From Octopus sinensis (taxonomy: Eukaryota): a stretch of 64,000 nucleotides of DNA. The stretch covers positions 5,766,001-5,830,000 of the forward strand of contig NC_043010.1 in NCBI RefSeq assembly GCF_006345805.1. The letters run 5' to 3'. The notes below the pieces were generated by a model. The model did no database searches and had not been told where the DNA came from. It saw nothing but the letters and a program-made list of their open reading frames with translations. Positions 49,291 to 62,654 of the stretch are shown here, piece after piece (within the stretch, counting starts at the first letter, position 1; each line of letters opens with the position of its first letter). Position numbers and translations under genes: made by a program.

Positions 49291-50743
49291 CTCATGTATG
49301 TATGTATATATACATATGTACGTATATATGTGTGTCTATACACATATATGTATATCTATTTATTGTGTACATATATAAATAATATAGATAGATACAAATA
49401 GACACTGGTATATATATGGTATACATATATGTGTATATATAATATATATATATATATACATACACACACACACACACATATATTTATGGATTTGTACATC
49501 TATCTATTTATCTACTCATATTTATGCTTATATCTGTGTATGTGGGTGTAAATATATAAATGCATATATATATATGTATATTTATCTATATGTCTCCCAA
49601 TCTCTTTCTCCTTCCCTCTCTCTCTATATTTATATACATACATACATATATACACACACATATATATGTATACACACACACATATATACAAGGAATGTAG
49701 AGCCTGAAATCCAGGAAGACTTTGTGAAACGCCAAAAGAAAATGTTTGGCAAACTGACCAATGTTTTGAAGCATAGATTTAAAATTATAGCCCAAGTAAT
49801 CTGAAAGTAAGATATTATGTATTCATTCAGGCATCCCATGTTATCAGAGTAGAACTTTTGAAAAGTCTCTTCTACTTCTTTGCCAAATCAATTCGTCTAA
49901 AGATTAAATTTAGATCAATAACAGTAGAACTTACTAATTTTAACTTTAAGCAATAACTTTTTGTCAGAAAAGCTTACAGATGCCAAATTCACTGAAGCCT
50001 GTGTATCTTATCTATGACAGAGAAGGAGGTCTGGAATGTGTAATTGAAACACTGGCACCAAACACTTTTGTCTGTGATAGCTGCTTTAGATGAACCGAGG
50101 TAATAGTTAAGATTTACGCAAAATGTTACACACAAAATTTCTTGTACAATATTTTTTTTAATAAGTTTTATCATTCTAAGTCATTATCATCATCGCCATT
50201 ATTATCATTCCTACTACTATTGTTATTGCTTTTAAGGCAGCAAACTGGCTGAAGACTTGTGCGTTGGACAAAATACTCCTGGTCCTTTATGTTCCGAGTT
50301 CAATTTCCACCAAGGTCTACTTTTCTTTTCATCCTTTTGGGGCCAATAAAATAAGTAGCAGTTGAACATTGGGACTGATATAATTGACATGACCCTTCCA
50401 CACAAAATACTATTACATGGCCTAGTGGTTTGGGTGTCACACTCACGATCTTGAGATCCCGATTTCAATTCCTAGACCAAGTGCTGTGTTGTGCCATTGA
50501 GCAAAACACTTCCTCTCATGTTATTTTACGGTCACTTCAATGCCTGACATGTGGTACACCATGCACCTGTTCGGACAACGTCAATTTGATGGAGGAAGTG
50601 AACCAAGGTACTGCATGAACATTACATCACTATAACTAAATCGTTTGTGCAGGTAGCTCAGCAAAAAAAGAAAGAAAGAAAAGCCCAAACACTTATACAC
50701 TGTCTTTAATAATAATAACAATAATAATAATAATAATAATAAT

Positions 50744-51290
50744 ATTGCCCTGATGCAGTACCAGACAGTGGCTCTCATGGTTTCTGATCTTAACTGATTG
50801 GAAGTGTTATCATGTACATTGTTTTGTTTTGGTATAAAAGATGGGCTACAGTAAATATTCTGCTCAATACCACAGATTTGCTTGTCAGATGTTTGACCTT
50901 AGCCAGTTGAGCATGTCCCTTAGTGGCTGACGATATGTGCTTCTCTGATCATGAACAGAAGTGTGGGGGAGCATCATAGCCATGTGTTGAGAGGGATTCT
51001 TTGGGGCATGAATAATTCACCTCTGGAAACATAGGTGTTTCGCTCAACATCCTTAAACAACCTTTATTCAGGGACCTTTTGAGTGGGATGGGCTACTTGA
51101 CCAGGAGAAAATTCTGACTGGGCCCCACCTGCAAGGTCATGCGCTGTTTATCTTGATATGAGATCACCATGTCACGTTGTGATGCATGTGCCTGGTGTAC
51201 CCTTATCAGATGGGTAGTTATGATGGGTATACTGGGCTTTGTATATTTTACACCAGTGTCACTTTGATGGCATGCACTGCTCTCTCACTC
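50744..51290. mobile_element. unclassified ~550-bp element embedded in (AAT)n
   Basis: Complex sequence with sharp borders and (AAT)n on both flanks. Confidence 0.5.
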
Positions 51291-51333
51291 AATAATAATA
51301 ATAATAATAATGATAAAAACAATAATAATAATA

Positions 51334-51496
51334 ATAAAGTGTATGGAGACTTGTACATCCACAAAAGGTATCTTATAGTTATATACAGCATATTATAACA
51401 ACCTACACGTGCAGTAGAAACATGTGTAGGTCATTATAATATGCTGTATATAACTATGATACGTTTTGTGGATGTACAAGTCTCCATACACTTTAT
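51334..51496. repeat. ~77-bp-arm fold-back hairpin
   Basis: ataaagtgtatggagacttgtacatccacaaaa... pairs with ...ttttgtggatgtacaagtctccatacactttat; 9-nt loop. Confidence 0.9.
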
Positions 51497-51951
51497 CATT
51501 ATTGATTTTAATGTGTGTGTGGGTGTATTTCCATCGAACAAATTACACCTTCAAAATATTGGCTAACTAGAGGCCATGGTAGAATTCTTTTATCCAGAGT
51601 ACCATGCATAGTATTGAACATGAAATCACATAGTTGTAAAGTGAACTTCTTAATCGCACAACCATGCCTGCATTCAAAATAGCTTTGTTCACAGACTCTA
51701 AGATATTTTATCATCTGTTATGTATTCAGATGTTTTTTTGTTTGCTTATTACATGGCTTATGTTCACAATAATAATAATAATAATACTAGCCTCTTTAAG
51801 AGCAGGGATCAGTTTTTCTAATAACAAATGTTTTTACAGATTCAGAATTAGCTGTGAGGGAGAGAGAGAGAGAGAGAGAAAAACTACAATAAAATATAAG
51901 CATATGCTAGCATTGCTTTGCCTTTGTTTCTTTGACTGGCTGCTGTTTATA

Positions 51952-52335
51952 TGGATGGAAGCACTCCGTCAGTTACGACGACAAGGGTTCCGGTTGATCC
52001 GAATCAATGGAACAGCCTGCTCGTGAAATTAACGTGTAAGTGGCTGAGCACTCCACAGACACGTGTACCCTTAACATAGTTCTCGGGGATATTCAGTGTG
52101 ACACAGAGAGTGACAAGGCCGGCCCCTTGAAATACAGGTACAACAGAAACAGGAAGTAAGAGTGAGAGAAAGTTGTGGTGAAAGAGTACAGCAGGGATCA
52201 CCACCATCCCCTGCCGGAGCCTCGTGGAGCTTTTAGGTGTTTTCGCTCATTAAACACTCGCAACGCCCGGTCTGGGAATCGAAACCGCAATCCTATGACC
52301 GCGAGTCCGCTGCCCTAACCACTGGGCCTCCACAA
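51952..52335 (-). mobile_element. SINE family D (tRNA-derived)
   Basis: Minus-strand head ggcccagtggttagg...ggtttcgattccc; 9-bp TSD ctgtttata. Confidence 0.88.
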
Positions 52336-52859
52336 CTGTTTATAACTCTGCTGTTATGTAAATTATTTGAATTTTGTTTTAAACTTCAAAATCTTAATCA
52401 TTTATCAACAATAAAGAAGAGAGTATTTGGTGTTGTATTTATAAACTGAATCTGCTAAAATGCGAATATCTTCCAAATTTATGGTTGAGAATCATTTATC
52501 CCTCAGTATAGTTTACTACCATCGTTGTTGTTGATATTCATTATCTCTTTAGTAACTAAACTATAACCTGAAAATCCCATGTGTTTATGTGTGTGTTTAT
52601 CTTTTTGCTGATTTTAAGTTGTGTATTACTTTTTAATTATGTAATTAGGTCTTTGGACAGTTTTAAATGTCTAATAATGAAGTTTTGGATTTAAAATCAA
52701 AATTGGTGATAGTGGTGGCATCTATGCTATTGTTGTTGTTATTTTTCATCATCATCCCTGCTGCAGCCACCATCGTCACCACCACCACCACCACCCACCA
52801 CCATCATTATTCCTCATCATCATTCATCATTATGGTCTTTATTCCTCCTCATCATTTCT

Positions 52860-53238
52860 CTAACACTTTGACGTGGTTTTCAATTGTTCATTGTTAAGAA
52901 CGCAAGATTGTCCTCTACCTTCTTCATCTTCAAGGCTCTCATCACCACTATGGGATTTCTGAAACCACCTTCTTACTGTGCAATGACTTGTGGACCCCTC
53001 TCCCCATGCTCTGTTGATATTGGCAGCAGTTTGCAAGGCATTGTGCCCAAGCTTGAACTCATGCAAGAAAAATAAGCGAAGGTCCTTTTTTGTCATGTTC
53101 ATAATTAAGGGTACCTACGCTTCAAGAATGTTTTCTGTCTGAAATAAGGAGAAAATTATTAAAGAGCCTACATCAATTATTAAGTATGTCGAAATTCACC
53201 TGAAATATAATCAAAATACTATTTTTTGAACAACTTAA
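52860..53238 (-). pseudogene. mariner 5' fragment (HTH domain)
   Basis: LRLFFLHEFKLGHNALQTAANINRAWGEG..TVRRWFQK..GDESLEDEEGRG; TIR-like end with TA at 53239-53240. Confidence 0.88.
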
Positions 53239-54075
53239 TATCTGGCTGTGTGGTGGAACAGGGACGGGCAAGGAGGCGCTGCTCAAGGGTTAGCTTGCAT
53301 CTGATGTCATCTGAGTTGCATTGGATGTCCATATGCTGGAGGACAGCAAACCCATCAGCAGTCCAATTGGCAAGGGCTGACTCTGGTACCTGGGCTACAT
53401 CAGGTTTGGCTAACCCATGAAGTATCTCTCCAAGGAGGGGTGGATGTATTGCAAACATGAACAAACTTAATCATCATTCCTTGGCTGACAGGAGCAGAAT
53501 TGGAGCTGGTGGTGATGATGGCAATGATGATGGTGTCGACAGGAATGATGGCAATGATCATGATGATGGTGATGACGATGGTGGGGATAGTTTTGGTGAT
53601 GATGATGATGACGACGACAATGATGATGATGATGATGATGATGATGATGGGGTTTTCAACAGGAATGATGGCAATAATCATGATGATGGTGGTGATGGTG
53701 ATGATAGTTTTGGTGATGATGATGACAATGATGTATAGGGTCTGTTAACATACTGTTAAAACAACTTTTCTATACTAAACCTATTCAATCACAGAAGCAC
53801 ATTGCTTTTAAATCTATTTTCTGCTGAAATAAATGAAAAATATTATGAAAATAGTTGACAGTTAAGTATATTTTTTTTTTTAATATTTTATAAAGCTGCT
53901 TTCCATAATCCCCCAGTCAACTGCAATCATTCACCTATCCATTAAATTAAGACACACTTAGACAAAAGCAGTGATACAAACAGCAAGATGACAAAACAAT
54001 GATGACACAATGTTTCTGCTCATAGAGTAGCAAAGTACAAGAAGAAAAAACTTGTTCTTAAGTATCAGTATAATT

Positions 54076-54463
54076 GGATGGAAGCACTCCGTCGGTTACG
54101 ACGATGAGGGTTCCGGTTGATCCGAATCAACGGAACAGCCTGCTCGTGAAATTAACATGTAAGTGGCTGAGCACTCCACAGATACGTGTACCCTTAACGT
54201 AGTTCTCGGGGATATTCAGCGTGACACAGAGAGTGACAAGGCCGGCCCTTTGAAATACAGGTACAACAGAAACAGGAAGTAAGAGTGAGAGAAAGTTGTG
54301 GCGAAAGAGTACAGCAGGGATCACCACCATCCCCTGCTGGAGCCTCGTGGAGCTTTAGGTGTTTTTGCTCAATAAACACTCACAACGTCCGGTCTGGGAA
54401 TTGAAACCGCGATCTTATGACCGCGAGTCCGCTGCCCTAACCACTGGGCCATTGCGCCTCCAC
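54076..54463 (-). mobile_element. SINE family D, full length
   Basis: 12-bp TSD atcagtataatt; near-identical to the 51952 copy. Confidence 0.92.
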
Positions 54464-55534
54464 ATCAGTATAATTACAGCAGTTTTAAACCACTTCAACT
54501 AAGAACTATAAAGAGAGAACAGCTTTGCTTCATGTACTTTTTTTTTCAATGTAGATACATCTAAAGTTACATTTATATGGGATTTTTTTAATCTTTTTAT
54601 TTATGCTGAAAATGTTTCAGTATATTCTAAATATTCATAGAAATTGTTTTGTTCTGTTGTTACGAAGTTAATGTTTTCATTTCTCGTCTGTGGAATCAGG
54701 ATGCCTAGCTATGAAATATTGGTTGTGGGGTATGAATGCTGTGAGCTGATTGGCTTTTAAATGCTGTTTGATGATTGGCAGAAAGGGTCTTCAAATTTTT
54801 GTCCTTTAATGACAGATGGCCTACATTCATAAATAACTTAAGACTATATGACCTTGATATTTTTCAAATGCGATATTGGTGGAGATCATAAGGTTTATGT
54901 ATACAACCATAGTGCATTTTGTATTTTTCATATAAGGAATTAGAAGGGGATTGTCACTCACTCTCTCTCTCTCCCTCCCTCACTTCCCCTCTCTTTCTCT
55001 CTCTTTCACACTCTCACTCTACACACCCACACACATATGTATATATGTACGTCTGTATGTGTGTATTTATATCCTGTAACCCTGGAGAGTGTGGCTGATC
55101 ATACATTGCCAAAGTTTAGTAATCCTTGAAGCTGGTTTTGACAAAAGCACATTCAAAGAAATAGTATCTTTATATAACATATAAACACACAGGAAGGGAG
55201 AAGAGAGGAGGGGTTATCGTAACAGTTTACATACAGGGAAGTTGAGATAGAAAGTATATATATGTATGTATATATATATATACCAATTATATACATTTTT
55301 TTTTTTTTTTTGCAATTTACTTAATCATCGGTATATTATTGTTATTTTAATTTTAATATTTCTATTATATGTAATTTTCTAGATGGTGTAATTTAATTGT
55401 TCATTTTGAATTGATAAAAAGTGTTTTTTTCTAATTTATATATATATATATTATATTGGGTGAAATTTGATTTAGTATTTCTAAATTGAATTTTTCCCTG
55501 TAAGTTAGGATTAATATTCCCTCAAATAATTATT

Positions 55535-55568
<34 letters not shown>

Positions 55569-55687
55569 CATTGTGTATTTTGCATTATTGTGTAAGGAGT
55601 TGGAAGGTTTCCTTTCTTTCTCTCATCATTAGATTTTGGGGGAAAGAAGTTCATTTTTTCATCATTTTTATATTTCTTATCTTTCTT

Positions 55688-55911
55688 ACTTCTTTATTGC
55701 CCACAAGGGGCTAAACATAGAGGGGACAAATAAGGACAGACAAAGGGATTAAGACGATTAGATCGACCCCAGTGCGTAACTGGTACTTAATTTATTGAGG
55801 ATGAAAGGCAAAATCGACCTTGGCGAAATTTGAACTCAGAACGTAGCAGCAGACAAAATACGGCTACGCATTTCACCTGGCGTGCTAATGATTCTGCCAG
55901 TTTGCCGCCTT
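55688..55911 (-). mobile_element. SINE family B
   Basis: Consensus match. Confidence 0.85.
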
Positions 55912-56907
55912 CAATATATTTCTTATCTTTCTACCTTTCTATTGTATTTTGATAAAACGCTGCTAGCCTGTAACTCAACTGTTCTCTTTTGCCTGAACTT
56001 GAAATTGGTTAGCATCCTCATTGGAAAGACAATAGCTAGGCAGAAATCAGCTGATTCTGAGAGAGAAATGCACCAATTGAGAAAGAGAGAGAGGTGAGAG
56101 GAAGGAAACAACCTAAATATTTGACTTGTATTTTATTTTATCAACCTCTTTAACATGAGAGGCAAGACTTAGCAGAATTTGTGACCAGCGTACAATGGGC
56201 TGGGATAATTATCACAAAATATTTGTCTCTTGCTCTAATGATTCTGATAATTGAGTAGAGAAAAAATACAAAAAATTAAATAAAAATAAAATCAAGCATC
56301 TCTTGGAGCATTCAGAAAGACCAGATACATTCCTCAAAGTTGTTGCTTATAAACATCATTAAATATGTCTCTGTTTTAAATTATTTTTATTCTTATTTCA
56401 GCATATTTTTAGAACTATCTGCTTTAAGTATAGATGCTGTCATGAATGACCATGTGTTTAAGAAATTCACTTGGAACCATATGGTTTGGAGATTCACTCA
56501 CACTGCATGGATACTGTTGGCTAGTGTCCTCAACTATAGTTGTGAGGTTGACCAATACCTTGTGAATGAAATTTAGAAGAAGCTCATCATACACACACAC
56601 ACACACATGTGTGTGGAGAGGTGCAAGGCTTAGGGTTAGAGCGTTGTACTCATGATCATAAGAATGTTGTTTCGATTCCTGGATGGGGTGATGCGTTGTG
56701 TTCTTGAGCAAAACACTTCATTTCACATTGCTCCACTCAACTCAGCTGGCAAAAATGAGTAATCCTGCGATTGACCAGCATTATTAACACCAAGATATAT
56801 AATATTCACCATCTAAAAGTAGATGTTGCACTAGAACACACAATAATGTGATATTTACCAATCAAGCACTGGTGTCACAAAAAAAAACAATGGGCCTTTA
56901 TTTCCAG

Positions 56908-57065
56908 CAGTTGGGTATCTACCATTGCCAAGGCCAAAAGAAGCCAAAATCACACGATCTGGTAGTCCTAACAGTGGAATTGGTAGTAATTATCTACTGC
57001 TGCTGCTGGTGATAACTCTGGTATGCATTTATGCACTGAAATACCATATGAGAATTTCTCTCTTA
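56908..57065 (+). CDS. candidate exon with a single hydrophobic helix: (A)VGYLPLPRPKEAKITRSGSPNSGIGSNYLLLLLVITLVCIYALKYHMRISLL
   Basis: NAGNAG acceptor tttccag|cag|, donors CTG|gtatgc (57020) or TTA|gtaagt (57065), and an open frame of ~83 codons. Confidence 0.3.
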
Positions 57066-57408
57066 GTAAGTATCACAAAACTGTATCTTCTAGCATAACA
57101 TCCAATTTTAAGTGGTGAATATTTTACCTTTTCAAAATAGTATATATTTGTGTGTGTGTGTATAATTATAAAAATATGTAATGACCATTATTTATACATT
57201 TTCTTGTATGTCACTCTATGTAAAAACCAGTATAACTGGAGTACAACCACCGACTTACAATATACAATGGTGATGAACTATAGCCCCAGACCCTGCCACA
57301 AGAATAATCTAAACAATACTATTAGCCTGATGTACTAACAGAAAGCTTATGAACTATTTTGCCTGGATTGATAATCCTTCACAAATAGCTATATCTAATA
57401 TATATGTA

Positions 57409-58922
57409 TTTGGTCATCTCAAAAATAATACAGTTTTCTCAATTGCATGAACTAAACGTTGAAGGGGGACAGGATAAACTACCTGCACAAACTTGCTATA
57501 AAAGCAGGTAGTAATTTTACCTTGTACTTATTCTTAGTGCAAGTTTTGAAGCGTGCAGTTCGATTTTCACAGTTATTTTTTTAAAGCTTTAATGGAAGTG
57601 ACAAAGGAGCATATTCGGCATATTTTGCTTTATGAGTTCAATAAAGGCAACAACACAATGGAAAGTGTGAGGAATATTAATGCAGTATATGGGGATTGGA
57701 CAATAAGCGTAAGCCAGTGTAAACGGTGGTTCCAGAAATTCTGAGCTGGAAACTACAGCCTCGAAGACAAGCCTCATCCTTGAAGATCTGTAGAGCTTGA
57801 CGAGGACATCCTGCAAGCCCTGGTGGAACAAAATCCCATTGTAACTGTTGAGGAAGTGGCAAAGAAGCTTGGATTTGGTAATTCAGCCATTCATCAGCAC
57901 CTGCATGTCATCAAGAAAGCTAGAAAATTGGATCAATGAGTTCCTCACAAATTTTCCAAGTCTAATTGTGCGCAGAGAATAATAACTGGCAATGAGAAAT
58001 GCGTTCTCTATAAAAATGTCAAGCACTGAAGACAATGGGTAGGAAAAGGAGAAACACCAACACTCCAGGCTAAAGAAGGTCTTCACCCTCATAAGGAGTT
58101 GTTATCTGTTTGGTGGGATATGAAAGGTTTAGGCCACTTTGAACTTTGAAACCCAAGCCAAAATAATAACAAAGATCTACTGTGAGCAGCTTGAGCAGCT
58201 TAAGTCAGTGCTAGAAGTAAAATGACCATCTTCGGTTTAAAGACGATAGGTGTTCTTCCATCAGGATGATGTTTGGCCACATGCAGCAAAGATAGCATTC
58301 CAAAAGCTGGAGCAGTTTGAATGGGAAATGATGCCTCACCTATCATATTCACCAGACATTGCCCCATCTGATTATCATTTATTCTGCAGTCTTCAAAATC
58401 ATTTGGACGAAAATATATCAATTTTGTAGACGAGATCAGAACAGTACTGGAAGAGTATTTTTTATCATGGACAAGGGAATTTTGAAAGAAGGGCCTTGCA
58501 AGTTTGCCAGATAGATGGAAGTGCATTGTAGAAAATGAAGGAGAGTATATTTTAGATTTTTTAAAAAATGTCTTAATTTTGAAAAATAAAATAAGTGGCA
58601 CGTAAAAAACACCATTCGAGCATGACTATTACCAGCGTCACCTTACTGGTGCGTGAAAAACACTTGAGCATGGCCGTTGCCAGTACCGCCTGACTGGCCC
58701 TTGTGCCAGTGGCACGTAAAAGCACTCACTACGCTTTCAGAGTGGTTGGTGTTAGCAAGGACATCCAGCTGTAGAAACTCTGCCAGATCAGATTGGAGCC
58801 TGGTGCAGCCATCTGGCTCACCAGTCCTCAGTTAAACCATCCAACCCATGCCAGCATGGAAAGCGGACATTAAACGATGATGATGATGATAAAAAAATCA
58901 CATTATTTATGGGAGGACTCAA
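57409..58922 (+). pseudogene. near full-length decayed mariner (DD34D) transposon; transposase 57592-~58560
   Basis: MEVTKEHIRHILLYEF...VPH...ITGNEK...FHQDDVWPH...YSPDIAPSDYHLF...W.CIVENEGEY; degenerate TIRs with TA TSDs; multiple stops. Confidence 0.93.
58594..58890 (+). mobile_element. RTE 3' UTR fragment (family C) inserted in the mariner 3' end
   Basis: Consensus match with (GAT)n tail. Confidence 0.85.
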
Positions 58923-59306
58923 TACACACACATACATCCCCACCAGACACACACACATATATATATAACTGACTCACAAAGCCTTGTGAGTGGATTTTTG
59001 GTGAACAGAAACTAGAAGAAGCCTGTCATATATGTATATATTTATGTATGTATTTGTGTGCATTTGCATATAACCAGGTGCGTATTCTCCTCTTTTGACA
59101 TGTGCATGTTAAGTATAAACAAAATATATAGCATTTCCTGTTTGCATTCTTCTATGAAAGCTAGTCTGGACTGCATATTGTTCTATTGACTGGAGGAAGT
59201 TATTAGCTTACTTGGAAACATGTGAAAGTTGGTAAGAGGAAGGGCATCAAGCTATAGAAAGTTCTACCACAATGAAATCTTGTTTGTGTTTTGCAGGTAG
59301 ATGCAC

Positions 59307-59344
<38 letters not shown>

Positions 59345-59346
<2 letters not shown>

Positions 59347-59748
59347 CTCTTTACTCTCTCTTTTACTTGTTTCAGTCATTTGACTGTGGCCATGCTGGAG
59401 CACCGCCTTTAGTCGAGCAAATCGACCCCGGGACTTATTCTTTGTAAGCCCAGTACTTATTCTATCGGTCTCTTTTGCTGAACCGCTAAGTGATGGGGAC
59501 GTAAACACACCAGCATCGGTTGACAAGCAATGCTATGGGGACAAACACAGACACACACATATATATACATACATATACATATATACGACAGGCTTCTTTC
59601 AGTTTCCGTCTACCAAATCCACTCACAAGGCATTGGTCGGCCCGGGGCTATAGCAGAAGACACTTGCCCAAGATGCCACGCAGTGGGACTGAACCCGGAA
59701 CCATGTGGTTGGTTAGCAAGCTACTTACCACACAGCCACTCCTGCGCC
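59345..59748 (-). mobile_element. SINE family A
   Basis: Consensus match. Confidence 0.9.
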
Positions 59749-60098
59749 TATGTGTTGATTATCCTAAAAAGAATCAATGCTCTGGATAAGATCCATAAAG
59801 AATTGCAATAATTCCATATATGAAGTGACTTTGACTGATACAACACAACCAACTTATGTCAGCATGGAAGATGATATAAAATGATGGAAATAAAATGCAC
59901 ATATTTATATGCAACACACACACACACACACATTTAGCACACCACAGTGTGCATGCATATGTGTGCACACACATACACACACACACTCTCTCTCTCACAC
60001 ACACACACACTCATGCATACATGTACATACATAAGCCAGAAAGGTTAAAAGAGATACTGACGTGTGTGCGTATGTGCATTGATATATATGTGTGCTTT

Positions 60099-60144
<46 letters not shown>

Positions 60145-61321
60145 TGCATATATTTACATATTTGTTTATTTATAAATGAGAGAGAGAGAGAAAGAGGGGG
60201 AGAAAGAAGGTGAAAGACAATTTCTATGGTGCCTTTAAAATTTATTAAATATTGTCAAGCTCTGAGTCATCACATACAGAGTCTACCAGTCTTGCAATTT
60301 TATACTTTAAAAACCAATTTCTTCTGCCGTTACAATGTAAAAATTATAAATATTAATGAAAACTTTTCATAAACTTCATTGATTTAAACATCTTGGCATA
60401 ATAATTTGAATTTAATATTTTTTCTGTTTAATGAACTGGCCTAAAGCTAATCTTTACATTGGTTTGGATCTGAAAGTAAATTGAAACAGTGATGGAGTAT
60501 CTTCAGTAATATTTCTTCAGTTATTGCTTTAACTAATAAAAGAAAAGAAAAAATATCCTATGAAATATGTTGAAAATATATGATAGTTTCCTTATTAACT
60601 TTGAATAATTCAGCTTTTCTCCTACCATCTGAACCTTTTTCAGAAAGGAATAATTTAAATGGTGTGATACTCAAATACATCGTCTTTTATGCTAACAGGA
60701 ATAAGTTACGTCATTATCTAGTTTCCATTAATTTCTTTACAGTTGAAACATATTTAGCTTAAGGGTAAGTTCTTTGTTGATAATAATCCCTAGTAGTCTT
60801 TATGTTTAACTTCTAAAAGATGTGGAATATGGTTTTATTTCTTTTTTTGTTTAGTATATTTATTTTTTCTATTTTCATGTACAGATTAAATATTGTATTT
60901 AATTTCTTTATGTTTCAATATGACGCTTCTGAATCTGAAAATTTTCAACTATTATTATTTTTATTTTCATTCTGTATTTTATATGGGTGTTCATCTCACA
61001 TATATTCTGTCAAATATTTTGATTGATTATACATTAATATTCACATCTTTGCAATATTTTGTCAAATATTATTTTTTTATTCATCACTTATGGAAAAAGA
61101 CAGAAAAAGTTGTTTCTGTTTCTATAATTAAATACATTGACAATTTGATTAATTCTTCAGTCAAAAGTATCCAGATATAAAATATTTCTATTATGCCAAA
61201 CCAAATTCTTCACAGATCATTAGCGATTTTACTCCAAAGTCATCCTTAGCTAGTAAATTGTATAATGACATTATAGTACTCTCAACAGGATGCTACCATT
61301 GTCAATTGATAGAATACTGTA

Positions 61322-61742
61322 TTCTCTTTACTCTTTTACTTTTTCACTTGTTTCAGTCATTTGACTGCGGCCATGCTGGAGCACCGCCTTTAGTCGATCA
61401 AATCGACCCCAGGACTTATTCTTTGTAAGCCCAGTACTTATTCTATCAGTCTCTTTTGCCGAACCGCTAAGTGACGGGGACGTAAACACACCAGCATTGG
61501 TTGTCAAGCAATGCTAGGGGGACAAACACAGACACACAAACACACACACACACACATATACATATATATACATATATACGACAGGCTTCTTTCAGTTTCC
61601 GTCTACTAAATCCACTCACAAGGCATTGGTCGGCCCGGGGCTATAGCAGAAGACACTTGCCCAAGATGCCACGCAGTGGGACTGAACCTGCAACAATGTG
61701 GTTGGTAAGCAAGCTACTTACCACACAGCCACTTCTGCACCT
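61322..61742 (-). mobile_element. SINE family A
   Basis: Consensus match. Confidence 0.9.
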
Positions 61743-62654
61743 ATAGATATTGTAAATATTTTTTGGTTCTGTTTAATAGATATTACCTACTTCAGTGACA
61801 GAAACTCGTGGCAGACTAGAGCTGTTTAAACTGACTGAACCTTTCCCTTCCAACAAATAGACAAACGTAATTAAATGAAAGGGTAATTCAAAATCAGTAA
61901 ATAGCTCTAGAATAATATGTAAAGAAATGCAATCTATTTGAATTTTTGTTTTTAAAAAATGTAAAATAATTTAGCAAATAACATGCAACCTAAACAAAAT
62001 TCTACCAAATAAATGGAAATGAATTTATACAGAAGTTTATATTCAGAAAATAATACACAACCTCTACATAATTTCTATGTATTTGACATTGTTCTCTTCT
62101 TGTGCTTAGTTGCTATTTACAAGAAACAGTATGAATAAGGCTCTTGCAGTTCTATGATAGAAAAGGTTTCACCATCTGTAACACAATGCTTAAGAAAACC
62201 AACTACACAACTAGTCACATAACATTTAGAAAGTTATAGAAAAGAAAAAATGGCATTCAGAAAGAAGCTAAACAACAGATTTACCTGGTTAAGAGAAGAG
62301 AGAGAGGGGAGATTTGCACTGAGTTGATTAAAGTATAAAGTATTTTTAAATAGTGAGAAACTGTATAGTGTAAATTTTATTTTTAATGTGTTGCATAGCA
62401 ACACAATTATTAGCTTTAAGAATAAATGAAATTAATTATAGAAATTAAAATAAGACGGTCTTAAGTTACTCTTATGAAAATGGTAGAACAAGTCTTTTAC
62501 CTGTGATCTTTTATTTTTTACTTGTTTCAGTCTTTGAACTGCAGCCATGCTGGAGCACTGCCTTGAAGGATTTACTTGAACAAATTAACTCCAGTACTTG
62601 TTTTATAAACCTGTTACTTATTCTATCAATCTTTGTTGAGTATATATATATATA

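Noticed and set aside
53457-53738. Asp/Gly-rich ORF resembling an acidic biomineralisation protein
   Set aside because: It is (GAT/GGT)n low-complexity sequence with an internal duplication, and has no signal peptide or splice support.
54385-54463. tRNA-like sequences at SINE heads
   Set aside because: They have A/B boxes but no intact acceptor stem or cloverleaf, and they continue into SINE bodies with TSDs.
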